Below, piece by piece: positions 23,040-32,069 of a stretch of 33,052 nt of DNA (its first letter is position 1; each line of letters begins with the position of its first letter). The notes below the pieces were generated by a model. That model was given only the letters and a program-made list of their open reading frames with translations, had not been told where the DNA came from and ran no database searches. The translations under genes and the position numbers were made by a program. Origin of the DNA: a virus; IMG/VR virus record IMGVR_UViG_3300045988_025843, positions 1 through 33,052 of that record; one strand, 5' to 3'.

Positions 23040-23199
23040 ATTGAAAAGAACCAAAGCAGATAATACGAACTGCGAGGTATTGTCCGTGAAGTCCGAGCCG
23101 TCCTAATACTGGGATAGTCCGAATACTACTCGCGTATCCCTTTAAGAGACCGCGAGCGCACATGCGCGATACCTCATTAATACCAACTAACTAACAACT
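23040..23199 (+). other. Long structured GC-rich leader upstream of terS (candidate packaging-recognition or regulatory region)
   Basis: One stem-loop pairs 23059-23066 with 23077-23084 and another pairs 23129-23134 with 23151-23156. A GCGC-ACAT-GCGC hairpin lies at 23156-23167. Four (T/G)AATAC repeats lie at 23061, 23104, 23121 and 23178. Confidence 0.4.
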
Positions 23200-23826
23200 A
23201 TGGCAGGAAGAGCAAAGAAGGAAGCCGCCCCGGATACAAAGGCGGCGATTACCAAGGGGCAAGCGACGGGCAAAGCCCCCACCCCTAAAACAGATTTGGA
23301 GAAGTGCAAAGAACTCTATGAGGTCGTGCAGACGCGCGGTTGTAAAGGCGCTACGTTGTCGACCGTCGAGGAGTGCGTGGATTACGTAGCCGAGTACATG
23401 AACTTCTGCGCGCGAAACCCGTTCATCACGTATGAAGTCCTAAAGGGTGGGAACGCAGCCGGGCAAAAGGTACCTATAGAGAAGAAACGCGCACCATCGC
23501 TTGGTGGCTTCTGCCTTTTTATCGGGTGGACTTTGCAAGCGTTCAAGAAGAACGGCGCACGGCTTGAAAAGCTGGCAGAGGATGGGAGCGAAGACGCGGC
23601 TAACCTATTGACCGGGTACGCCCTTATCGCCGAACTCATTGCAACCGATATGGACGAGAGCGCGCTCGCTGGTACGGTAGACGCTAACTACATGGCGAAG
23701 CTACGAGGGTTGCGAGACCTTAAGGACGTTACAAGCAACGGCAAGGAAGCAGGCACAAAGGCAATGCAGGTTAACGTACTATCCGAGGACGCAGTGAAGA
23801 ACCTACAGAAGTTAGGAGGCATCTAA
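23200..23826 (+). CDS. Terminase small subunit (putative)
   Basis: 208 aa, immediately upstream of terL. The segment KRAPSLGGFCLFIGWTLQAFKKN resembles the HTH-like P-x-x-x-G-L-x-x-x-L-G core of small terminase families. The N-terminus is basic. Confidence 0.6.
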   Translation: MAGRAKKEAAPDTKAAITKGQATGKAPTPKTDLEKCKELYEVVQTRGCKGATLSTVEECVDYVAEYMNFCARNPFITYEVLKGGNAAGQKVPIEKKRAPSLGGFCLFIGWTLQAFKKNGARLEKLAEDGSEDAANLLTGYALIAELIATDMDESALAGTVDANYMAKLRGLRDLKDVTSNGKEAGTKAMQVNVLSEDAVKNLQKLGGI

Positions 23827-23829
23827 AGC

Positions 23830-24975
23830 ATGAACGTTACAGTTACTTTTGAAAAGATACTGGCGGCTTTCGTAGACCCGAAGATACGCGGGGTAGCCTC
23901 TAAAGGCGGCACGCGTAGCGGTAAGACCTGGGCAACCTTACAGATGCTCCATATCCTGGCGCTTAATAACCCCCGACCGCTTGTTATCTCGTGCGTGGCG
24001 GCTACGTTCCCCATGGTTAAGCGCGGTATGCTCCGTGACTTTAAAGCCATGGTGGCAGCCGAGGGGTATTGGGACGAGAACAAATTCAATAAAACGGAAA
24101 GCACCTATGAATACCCGAACGGCACGATAATAGAGTTCTTCTCGTGCGATAATGCCGGGAAGGTGCACGGTCCGGCACGTGATATCCTTTTCGTGAACGA
24201 GGCGCAAGGCATACCGCGTGAAATCTTTAGGCAGCTTGATATCCGTACCCGTAAAAAGGTTATCATCGACTACAACCCGGTACGCAAGTTTTGGGGCGAG
24301 ACCGAGTTCGTAGGTGACAGATACGTAACCATCCACTCAACGTACAAGGATAACCCGTACTTGACCCACGAGCAGGTGGCAGCCATCGAGAAGAACAAGG
24401 GCGATGCTAATTGGTGGCGCGTGTATGGCGAGGGCTTGACGGGCGGTGTGGAGGGTAACGTTTACCCCGAATACGAGGTTATCGACGATATGCCGGAAAC
24501 CTTCACGGGTAGGTGCCTGGGGCTTGACTTTGGTTTCGTCAATGACCCCACCGCGATAGTCGATATACGCATGGAGGGCTGGGACTTATACGTAGACTTG
24601 CTTTGCTATGAGCAGGGTCTACTGAATAGCCACATAGCGGACTACTTGAACGCCAACGCGCTTAACCGCGTGATAACGGTGTGTGACAGTGCGGAGCAAA
24701 AGAGTATCGTGGAGCTACAGCAAAAGCGTATCAAAGCAATACCGTGTGTTAAGGGGCGAGGCTCTGTGGCGGCTGGTATCGCACAGGTGAAGCAGTTCAA
24801 GTTGCACGTAACAAAGCGTTCCGTTAAGCTACTTGACGAGCTGGATAACTACAAATGGATTAAGGACGAAGTATCGGACACATACACCAACGAGGCTATA
24901 GACGCGTGGAACCACGCACTCGACGCGCTCCGTTACGGTGTGGACTTCTTGATACGTAAATACAGACCCAAATAA
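23830..24975 (+). CDS. Terminase large subunit (PBSX/XtmB-like)
   Basis: Walker A is SKGGTRSGKT and Walker B-like is ILFVNEAQ. IHSTYKDNPYL is also present. The nuclease acidic residues appear in GLDFGF.ND, VCDSAEQ and DAWNHALDALRY. Confidence 0.88.
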   Translation: MNVTVTFEKILAAFVDPKIRGVASKGGTRSGKTWATLQMLHILALNNPRPLVISCVAATFPMVKRGMLRDFKAMVAAEGYWDENKFNKTESTYEYPNGTIIEFFSCDNAGKVHGPARDILFVNEAQGIPREIFRQLDIRTRKKVIIDYNPVRKFWGETEFVGDRYVTIHSTYKDNPYLTHEQVAAIEKNKGDANWWRVYGEGLTGGVEGNVYPEYEVIDDMPETFTGRCLGLDFGFVNDPTAIVDIRMEGWDLYVDLLCYEQGLLNSHIADYLNANALNRVITVCDSAEQKSIVELQQKRIKAIPCVKGRGSVAAGIAQVKQFKLHVTKRSVKLLDELDNYKWIKDEVSDTYTNEAIDAWNHALDALRYGVDFLIRKYRPK

Positions 24976-25586
24976 TGAAAAAGTTTATATTGAAGTGGAT
25001 ATATCGCATAACAGCGATTAACAACCGAAAGGTTTTATTACGTGTTGCTAACCTACCGGCAAACGGAACCGTCCGAATAACCAAGGACGAGGAGAAGTTG
25101 CTAAAGGATATGATTAAATACTGTCGACCTTCACAAGTCGCTACGCGCAATGGGAAAGCCGTGTACAGACTTCGGGACATCGAGGGTATAACTCTATGGT
25201 CTATGCTTGAAACGCGCCGTGCAGAGGACGCAAACGGGCGTATCAAGGCGTGGACCGATGACAACTATGAAGCCGAGACGATTCTCGATGCCGCGAAGCT
25301 TGATAAGTTCATCGTGTCGCAAATGGAAATCGCGGACGGTCTCGAACAAATCATGTTTCAGAATATGAAGCCGGGCGGCGAAAGCGCGTTGACGGGCAAT
25401 GAGAACATTAAGCAGGCGAAGAACCTTCTCGGACTTGTGCAGATTACCGCCGAGCTTTTCCACTGTAGCTTTGAGGACGCAAAGCAAATCAACTACACGG
25501 ACGCTATGCTTGCCATCGCCAAACGTAACGACGAGATAGAGAAGGAAAAGCGCGAAATGAAGAAACAACAAATGACAAATAGGTAG
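24975..25586 (+). CDS. Hypothetical protein (packaging/head module)
   Basis: 203-aa ORF whose start overlaps the terL stop by 1 nt. Confidence 0.65.
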   Translation: MKKFILKWIYRITAINNRKVLLRVANLPANGTVRITKDEEKLLKDMIKYCRPSQVATRNGKAVYRLRDIEGITLWSMLETRRAEDANGRIKAWTDDNYEAETILDAAKLDKFIVSQMEIADGLEQIMFQNMKPGGESALTGNENIKQAKNLLGLVQITAELFHCSFEDAKQINYTDAMLAIAKRNDEIEKEKREMKKQQMTNR

Positions 25587-25588
25587 TT

Positions 25589-25993
25589 ATGACTTTTGAA
25601 ACAATAATTAACACAGCGAACGCCCGTGCTACAGCACTGGGCAAAACGCTGATATTCGGAGATACCGCAGTACAGAATGTAGCGGCTAACGAATTGAGTG
25701 AGGACTTTTTTACGCTTGACGTAACGGCTGGAAGCTATACGGACACGAACGTACCGGGGTCAAGCGCCTACACGGTAGTCATTCGCTGTATGGGTACATC
25801 GGCTTATATGCGGGACGATGCAGTAGAGATTGCAACTTTGATACGCACAGACCTGCTTTTGCATGAGATGCTGAAAAGCTTCATATGCGGCTACGAGATC
25901 GGCTCGCTACGTATCGCCAAAGTGCAGAACCAGTACGATACCATCAAGTCGGGGTGGGAGGCAACGTTCGATGCGTACAAGTATGGGGCGTGA
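25589..25993 (+). CDS. Hypothetical protein
   Basis: 134-aa ORF, 2 nt after the upstream stop. Confidence 0.65.
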   Translation: MTFETIINTANARATALGKTLIFGDTAVQNVAANELSEDFFTLDVTAGSYTDTNVPGSSAYTVVIRCMGTSAYMRDDAVEIATLIRTDLLLHEMLKSFICGYEIGSLRIAKVQNQYDTIKSGWEATFDAYKYGA

Positions 25994-26004
25994 ACTTGAT
26001 ACAG

Positions 26005-26036
26005 TTTGTTTTCTGATGGTTTACTTCGTACTTTTG
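26005..26036 (+). promoter_or_regulatory. Canonical Bacteroidota promoter (-33 TTTG, 20-nt spacer, -7 TACTTTTG)
   Basis: TTTG lies at 26005-26008 and TACTTTTG at 26029-26036. The leader CACTATTTAAAAAC precedes the ATG at 26061. Confidence 0.7.
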
Positions 26037-26060
26037 TGCACTATTTAAAAACAAAAGAGC

Positions 26061-26405
26061 ATGAAAATCATCAGAAACAACTTTATCCCGGTTAAGGGCT
26101 TCAAAGCTATTAACCTATTCGGCATTCTCTTCGTACGTGGTAACGCGGTAATTAGCGAGAAGACGTTAAGACATGAACACATCCACACGATGCAAATGCG
26201 CGAAATGCTGTACGTGCCATTTTACTTGTGGTATGGTATTGAGTACGTTATTCGCTTTTTCGGCTGGAGCTTCGAGAAGAAGCCGTGCGACCCGAACGAT
26301 AAGCCCTATGACCGCATGAGCTTTGAGAGGGAAGCCTACGGCAACGAGCACGACGTAGACTACCCAAAGACAAGGAAACATTTTAGCTGGTTTAAGTATA
26401 TTTAA
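26061..26405 (+). CDS. Small HExxH zinc-metallopeptidase-like protein
   Basis: 114 aa with LRHEHIHTMQ (HExxH) and a downstream ER-EAYGNE acidic motif. It has its own promoter inside the late operon. Confidence 0.6.
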   Translation: MKIIRNNFIPVKGFKAINLFGILFVRGNAVISEKTLRHEHIHTMQMREMLYVPFYLWYGIEYVIRFFGWSFEKKPCDPNDKPYDRMSFEREAYGNEHDVDYPKTRKHFSWFKYI

Positions 26406-26407
26406 CT

Positions 26408-26848
26408 ATGAACAAAGAAGTTACCCAATTAGTTAGGCAGATACGCGACGAGATAGTAGCTAACTACTATCGCATGAAGCTTAACGCTTCGGGTCGCTTC
26501 GATAGAGAAACTGAAGTGGTAGAGTATGCGGGCGGCGTGAAGATTGAAAGCCCGGCATATATCTACCAGATGGAGGACGGACGGGCGGCTGGTAGCTTCC
26601 CACCCGTTTCCGCTATCAAGCAGTGGATTAAAGACAAGAACGCGAACGCCGGAACGGACATACCCGAGGAAGCCGCATACGCGATAGCATACGTTATCAA
26701 ACGAGACGGTATTAAGGTTCCTAACCAATACAACGAGGGCGGAGTAGCAAGCACAATACTAACCCCCGAGATGGTGCAGCGTATCACAGTAGAGGTGTCC
26801 CGTATAGTAAGGGCAGAAATATTAACCATTTTAACTAAAAAGCAATGA
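26408..26848 (+). CDS. Hypothetical virion protein (weak HK97 gp10-like resemblance)
   Basis: 146-aa ORF. The segment VKIESPAYIYQMEDGRAAGSFPP loosely recalls head-tail connector gp10 family proteins. Confidence 0.6.
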   Translation: MNKEVTQLVRQIRDEIVANYYRMKLNASGRFDRETEVVEYAGGVKIESPAYIYQMEDGRAAGSFPPVSAIKQWIKDKNANAGTDIPEEAAYAIAYVIKRDGIKVPNQYNEGGVASTILTPEMVQRITVEVSRIVRAEILTILTKKQ

Positions 26849-27864
26849 TTATAAGAAATCTATTAACCAACGCCGCAGCCGGGGAAACTGGCACACTGAC
26901 CCTCAGCGGCATAGGCGCGGGTATTTACCGCCCTATACGACTGGAGCAGGTTGGCGCGGTTACCAGTGCATCCCTTATCTTTTCACGTAATGGTGCTACA
27001 AAGGCAACGGTTACCGTTACCCCGTACGAGGGCGCGATATTGGATATGTCAATGCTGGCAGCAGCCACGCCGAGCATAACGGAGAGCATTAACGGAGGTC
27101 TCGGGTTCACCGACTTCGTAGACTACGTATCGATGCAATACATGGAGGACAAGTTAAAGTCTATCGCGATACGAATAATTCACGTCCCGGTAGCAGACAT
27201 TCGGTTTGCTGACTATCCAAGCACGCGCAACCTATCGGACTACGGCAACGGACTGTTTAACCAGTTGGACTTTACTTGCTCGTCGTTCCTTAACAGCCCG
27301 TTAACGGGTAAGCCGTTTAACTTTGCTTTGAGATACGGGCAGCTCACGGCAAACTCGGACGGTAGGCTACGGTACAGAGAAGGAGGCACAGGAAACTCGC
27401 TTATCTGGGCGAATACGTCATTTTCCGCGGACCGGAATATACCGATGCTTGAGTTTAGAACCGCAAACAATGCCAAAACATGGGGCTACGCACGTTTTGA
27501 ACGTAAATACCCGTATTGCCCCGACCCTAACAAACGCGTAACGCTTCGATGGCTTAACAGCAAAGGCGCTTATGATACAATGTATTTTGACCAATACCGC
27601 ATTGTGCCTACTTACTTGGTTAACTTCTCGGGCGGCAACCGTGTGTTGTCCTACGACGTTACGATAAACGTAGTAGTAACGGACGATAACCAAAACGCGC
27701 TGTACTGGCTTTCACGTTCGGGCGAGGTTGCCGGGGTATTCCCTTTGGCTACAAACCAGTGGGCACGCGTTACGATACAAAACCCGAACGCATTGAACAT
27801 ACAAGGCGGTACGCTCGGAAGGGCGGTTAACTTTAAATGCAAATTTGAAATAGTAGAACCTTAG
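26845..27864 (+). CDS. Hypothetical structural (tail-module) protein
   Basis: 339-aa ORF with a 4-nt overlap with its upstream neighbour. It lies upstream of the 535-aa and tape-measure-like proteins. Confidence 0.65.
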   Translation: MIIRNLLTNAAAGETGTLTLSGIGAGIYRPIRLEQVGAVTSASLIFSRNGATKATVTVTPYEGAILDMSMLAAATPSITESINGGLGFTDFVDYVSMQYMEDKLKSIAIRIIHVPVADIRFADYPSTRNLSDYGNGLFNQLDFTCSSFLNSPLTGKPFNFALRYGQLTANSDGRLRYREGGTGNSLIWANTSFSADRNIPMLEFRTANNAKTWGYARFERKYPYCPDPNKRVTLRWLNSKGAYDTMYFDQYRIVPTYLVNFSGGNRVLSYDVTINVVVTDDNQNALYWLSRSGEVAGVFPLATNQWARVTIQNPNALNIQGGTLGRAVNFKCKFEIVEP

Positions 27865-27867
27865 AAA

Positions 27868-29475
27868 ATGGAAGTACAAATAAGAATAAACGGTGTGTTG
27901 TTGGACGGTGTAGCGCCCGGTGCGGTAAAACTCACCATCAACAACCCCGACCCAATTAAATTCTCCGAACGGACGGTTAGTTATTCGGGGTCTATTACCG
28001 TGCCCCGTTCACAAGTTAATGACCGGGTGCTAAGGTCCGAGCGCTTCCCTGGCTACTTCACGCGTACAGCGCCATATGTTGCCGAACTTTCGTTTTCTGG
28101 GCTTGACGTTCCGTTTGGTGGCGGCTTGTTCCGCGCCCGTGTATCAGCAGACCCGGACAGCTATACGATTGAACTCATTGAAACCGTATCGAAGCTTTCG
28201 ACCCTCCGCGCCCCGGTAGTTAATATACCTACCTTTGAAACGCCAGCGTACCAGTTTTCAACGTACGTGGATAGCCTTAACTACGCGTACCCGACCCCGG
28301 TAATTATGCCTAATCTATATGCGTCGAACGGCACAACCACCATAGAACTGGCGTACGTGGCAGACCGGGAAATGAAAACAGCAGGTGATTACAAGGACGC
28401 GGAAAGCCAGTTGGTCTTTAAGGGTGCACATGACGGGCTTAGGGGTTCGGTGTACGCTGCCAATTACATGATAGCGGAGAATAACGACGTAGCAACATGT
28501 TTCATGTATATGATGGGTTCTACGTTTAACCTTGAATTCACTTCCGATTCGTTCATTATCCTACCGCCTACCGCCCCCGCAACCGTTTACCTACGAAGTA
28601 ACGGCGGTACGTTCGCTTTGCCTTTTGCGCGCGGGACGGTACGCCCGGATGGTAATTACCCGTACTACCCGGTAAGCCCCGGTTCGAAGTCATGTATAAT
28701 AACACCGAGACCAGCACGAGACTTGAATTTCGGGTTTACAACCTCTTCGAGTTCTATGGTTTATTCGGGTACGCCTATTACTTCCGTACCTACTACCGAA
28801 TCGTATTATATATCGTTCCGTATCAAGGCGGTTGGGTCCCCAACGTATGCGTGGCACTTAGTGCCAACGATGGGGCTGAATACCCCGTTCGATATTGTGC
28901 AGGCGTTTTGCAAGGCGTTTTGCTGGACTTACGAATTCCAGTCCTCACCGTTTTTGCTAATGCTAAAGCCATTCATAAACCCGTCCACGTCTTCGACGTA
29001 TCGGCAAAACTGGAGCGGCAAAATAGACACGAGTACGGTTAAGGTGTCAGAGGCAGCAGGGGCAGCACGAACATACACGGTGAAGGTAGGCGAATTAACG
29101 CAAACCGTGGGTGGCTATGGCGGTGCAATATCCACACAGGAGACAGCAGGAGAAAGTAACTTCCCCGTAAACCCGGGCGCGACTCGCCCCTACGCCACTA
29201 TGATAAGGTATAGCGGTGCGAGCTTGGTACCAGATAACTATTTCAACCGTGCGAGCGGTTACCGTGCTACGATAGCAGGGCATTATGACCGTTTTTCCCC
29301 TGGGTGGCAGGTGACGGCTAAAATGAACCTATCATATTTTGATATACAGAAAATGAAGCCCGACGCGCTTTATTTCGTAGGTGAGCTTAACCACTGGTTC
29401 TACCTTAGGACATTAAGCAATTGGGACGCGTCAACGGGCACGGCTAACGTTACATTAATAGCCGTTAACAATTAA
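27868..29475 (+). CDS. Tail-associated protein (distal-tail or host-recognition candidate)
   Basis: 535 aa. The N-terminus (MEVQIRINGVLLDGV...) resembles the beta-rich N-termini of siphovirus tail proteins. The call rests mainly on position and size. Confidence 0.6.
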   Translation: MEVQIRINGVLLDGVAPGAVKLTINNPDPIKFSERTVSYSGSITVPRSQVNDRVLRSERFPGYFTRTAPYVAELSFSGLDVPFGGGLFRARVSADPDSYTIELIETVSKLSTLRAPVVNIPTFETPAYQFSTYVDSLNYAYPTPVIMPNLYASNGTTTIELAYVADREMKTAGDYKDAESQLVFKGAHDGLRGSVYAANYMIAENNDVATCFMYMMGSTFNLEFTSDSFIILPPTAPATVYLRSNGGTFALPFARGTVRPDGNYPYYPVSPGSKSCIITPRPARDLNFGFTTSSSSMVYSGTPITSVPTTESYYISFRIKAVGSPTYAWHLVPTMGLNTPFDIVQAFCKAFCWTYEFQSSPFLLMLKPFINPSTSSTYRQNWSGKIDTSTVKVSEAAGAARTYTVKVGELTQTVGGYGGAISTQETAGESNFPVNPGATRPYATMIRYSGASLVPDNYFNRASGYRATIAGHYDRFSPGWQVTAKMNLSYFDIQKMKPDALYFVGELNHWFYLRTLSNWDASTGTANVTLIAVNN

Positions 29476-29486
29476 TAATTTGGATT

Positions 29487-31991
29487 ATGGCAACAGAAAA
29501 AGTTACTCTACTCGACCTCTCATTTGATACGTCTTCCGCCCTTGATGGGCTGGACGCCCTCATAGCAAAGTCCGTCGAACTGGCAGACAAAAAGAGCCAG
29601 CTAATGGCAGCGCTTAAGGACGAGAAGAAGCAGTTGGACGAGGCAGGAAAGGCGTACAAGACCGGGACGCTCAGCCAAGACGAGTATAAAAAGGCGGTAG
29701 GTGATGCGGCGAAAGCGCAAATCGAACTGAAAAAGCAGTTGTTGGACGTCAACGCCTCTATCTCCGATAACAACCGCGAGATAAAGACGAACACGACGCT
29801 CCTAAACAGCCAGGAGGATAGCGTAGACGCGCTTCGGGCACAGTTGGCGAAGAACACCAAGGAGCTGAACGCAATGAGTGCAGCGACGCGCAACAACACG
29901 GACGAGGGGCAGAAGCTTGTCACCGAGACAAAGGAGATAAGCGACCGCCTTAAGGACATGGAAAAGGCTGTAGGCGATAACCGTAGGAACGTAGGTAACT
30001 ATGCGGAAAGCATCCAGGAAGCCATGAGCAGCACTCAAGGGCTTTCCGGGGCAACGGCGGCTATGGCTACGTCTCTATCGGGCGGTGTGAACGTCCTAAA
30101 GGTGTTTAACGCTACGTTGAAAGCTAACCCGATACTCGCTATTGTGTCGGTTATACTGGTTCTCATATCCACGGTTGAAAAGCTGATGAAACGTAACAGT
30201 GAGATGGCGGCAAACCTAAAGGCGGCATTCGCTCCGTTTGAGGTTATCTTCTCTCGAATACTCGACGGCGTAACCAAGCTTCTCGGGGGTGTGGCAAAGG
30301 CTTTCGAGTGGGTAACGGAGAAGGTTGTCAACTTGCTTTCGTCTATCGGTCTTATTACCGAGGAGACAACTAAGGCAGCGAACGCAGCCAAAGCGATCAC
30401 CAAGCAGGAGCTGGCGATATATGAGGCGGAAACGAATAACCTCGTAACGTTGTCGGCGATGCGTAGGGAACTGGAAGCGCAACGAACCATTGTAGGAGAC
30501 CAGCTAAAGACCGTGGAGGAACGAAACGCAGCAGCCCAAAAGGCTATCGCGATTTCCAAGCAGATGGAGAAAGCCGAGATAGACGTACTACAGCAGAAGT
30601 ACAACCAAATCAAGGCGCAAAACGAGTTGGGTTACACCAGCAAGGAAGACCGACGCGCAGAAATGCAAGCACTGGCAGACCTACAGGCGCGCCAAGCCGA
30701 TTACATAGGGCAACGAAAGGAGCTGGAGAACCAAGCGAGCGGTATCATAAAGACGCAGATAGCAGCTAATGAGGCAGCCTACAAGGCAGCTGAGGCAGCA
30801 AAGGCACAAGCCGCAGTAGAGGCAGCGCAAAAAGCGGAAAACCAAAAACGCGCATTACAGGCTGAGACAATAAAGCAGATGGAAACAGCGTTAACGGCTC
30901 TTAACCTCTCGATGCGAGCTAAAGAATTGGAAAACAACACCACCGGAACGAAGATAGAAAACGAAAAGTCATACGTAGCGGAAAGTTTAAAGCTTGAAAA
31001 GTACAGATTAGAGCAGGGTCTCATCACGCAGCAAGAATACGCCAACAAGGAAGCCGAATTTAACCTCGGCATACAGCAATTGGAGAAGCAACGTAAAGAA
31101 GAGCAGGACGCACTGATGAAGGAACGCGAAGCGATGGACGCGGCGAACCTGCACAAACTTAAGATGGCAGAAATAACAAACGAGTACGACCTACGGCAAG
31201 CACAGCTTGATGCACAATACGCGCAGGAAATCGCGGCAGCGGAAAAGATAGGCGCCGACACCGCGTTGATACAAGCCAGATACGAGAAGGCTAAAGAGGA
31301 TAACACGAAGGCACGCGTTAACGCTGAATTGACTATGACCGCGGGACTGGCAGGTCAAATGTCTACTTTGCTGGGTGAGGAGAGTGCTATCGGCAAAGCG
31401 TTTGGCGTGGTTCAAGCAACCATCAATACGTATATTGGAGCAACTAAAGCGTTGGCACAAGGTGGTATACTCGGTATCGCACAAGCCGCGATAGTTATCG
31501 CTTTCGGTATGAAACAAGTTGCGAGCATCGCCAAACAGAAAGAACCCGAAACAAAGGTAAGCAGCGTTAAGAAGTACGCAAAGGGCGGTCAGATATACGG
31601 GCGTTCCCATGCACAAGGTGGTGTAACATTCCGGGGCGATAACGGGCAGGTGTTCGAGGCAGAAGGAGGCGAAAACGTCTATATCATGAAGAAATCAGCC
31701 AGTGCAGAGATTAACGCACTGTCTGCACTCAACGAGGCTCACGGGGGTAACTCTTTCGGTACATCCGGGCTTTACAAGTTTGCTGATGGCGGTATGGCTG
31801 CGAGCATTTCCGAAGCAAACCGAATGGTTAGGCAGTCCGATAACGTGCGCCTATCAAGCGAAAGCATTAACCAACTGGCGGGGGTTGTTATCGACGCGGT
31901 TATGAACATGCCCAACCCGGTTGTGTCGGTGCAGGACATCAACGCAGGACAAAACGACGTGGCGGTAGTCAAGGGCTTCGCAACTTTCTAA
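29487..31991 (+). CDS. Tape-measure-like protein (or internal/ejection protein)
   Basis: 834 aa with long coiled-coil tracts. Two hydrophobic Gly/Ala-rich segments are present (ANPILAIVSVILVLISTV and GGILGIAQAAIVIAFGM), plus a C-terminal GG-rich block (YAKGGQIYGRSHAQGGVTF). Confidence 0.6.
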   Translation: MATEKVTLLDLSFDTSSALDGLDALIAKSVELADKKSQLMAALKDEKKQLDEAGKAYKTGTLSQDEYKKAVGDAAKAQIELKKQLLDVNASISDNNREIKTNTTLLNSQEDSVDALRAQLAKNTKELNAMSAATRNNTDEGQKLVTETKEISDRLKDMEKAVGDNRRNVGNYAESIQEAMSSTQGLSGATAAMATSLSGGVNVLKVFNATLKANPILAIVSVILVLISTVEKLMKRNSEMAANLKAAFAPFEVIFSRILDGVTKLLGGVAKAFEWVTEKVVNLLSSIGLITEETTKAANAAKAITKQELAIYEAETNNLVTLSAMRRELEAQRTIVGDQLKTVEERNAAAQKAIAISKQMEKAEIDVLQQKYNQIKAQNELGYTSKEDRRAEMQALADLQARQADYIGQRKELENQASGIIKTQIAANEAAYKAAEAAKAQAAVEAAQKAENQKRALQAETIKQMETALTALNLSMRAKELENNTTGTKIENEKSYVAESLKLEKYRLEQGLITQQEYANKEAEFNLGIQQLEKQRKEEQDALMKEREAMDAANLHKLKMAEITNEYDLRQAQLDAQYAQEIAAAEKIGADTALIQARYEKAKEDNTKARVNAELTMTAGLAGQMSTLLGEESAIGKAFGVVQATINTYIGATKALAQGGILGIAQAAIVIAFGMKQVASIAKQKEPETKVSSVKKYAKGGQIYGRSHAQGGVTFRGDNGQVFEAEGGENVYIMKKSASAEINALSALNEAHGGNSFGTSGLYKFADGGMAASISEANRMVRQSDNVRLSSESINQLAGVVIDAVMNMPNPVVSVQDINAGQNDVAVVKGFATF

Positions 31992-32035
31992 TATTAATCA
32001 ACTCGTGCAGAGGTGGTGTATACGACAAAAGGCGC

Positions 32036-32043
32036 TATCTTTG
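32036..32043 (+). promoter_or_regulatory. -7 box TATCTTTG upstream of the protease/scaffold and capsid genes
   Basis: It matches TAnnTTTG and ends 26 nt before the ATG at 32070. This placement argues that the ORF-track start at 32013 is not used. CGTGCAG at 32004-32010 is a near match to the element X octamer. Confidence 0.55.
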
Positions 32044-32069
32044 CACGTGTTACAACAAAAACGATTTTT

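Noticed and set aside
29465-31616. Long minus-strand ORFs (164, 192, 175 and 141 aa) opposite the tape-measure-like gene. Similar antisense ORFs lie opposite the nuclease, primase, polymerase and spanin-like genes (for example 5499-6101, 8721-9224, 15484-16071).
   Set aside because: These are shadow ORFs of Ala/Glu/Lys-rich or otherwise strongly coding + strand genes. Their composition is Ser/Ala/Cys/Phe-rich and low in complexity, they lack promoters, and they would overlap confident genes completely.
32013-32069. The ORF-track start of the protease/scaffold gene at 32013 (MVYTTKGAIFARVTTKTIF...).
   Set aside because: A TAnnTTTG -7 box (32036-32043) lies inside this extension. The ATG at 32070 is preceded by the usual A-rich leader, so the shorter start is preferred.
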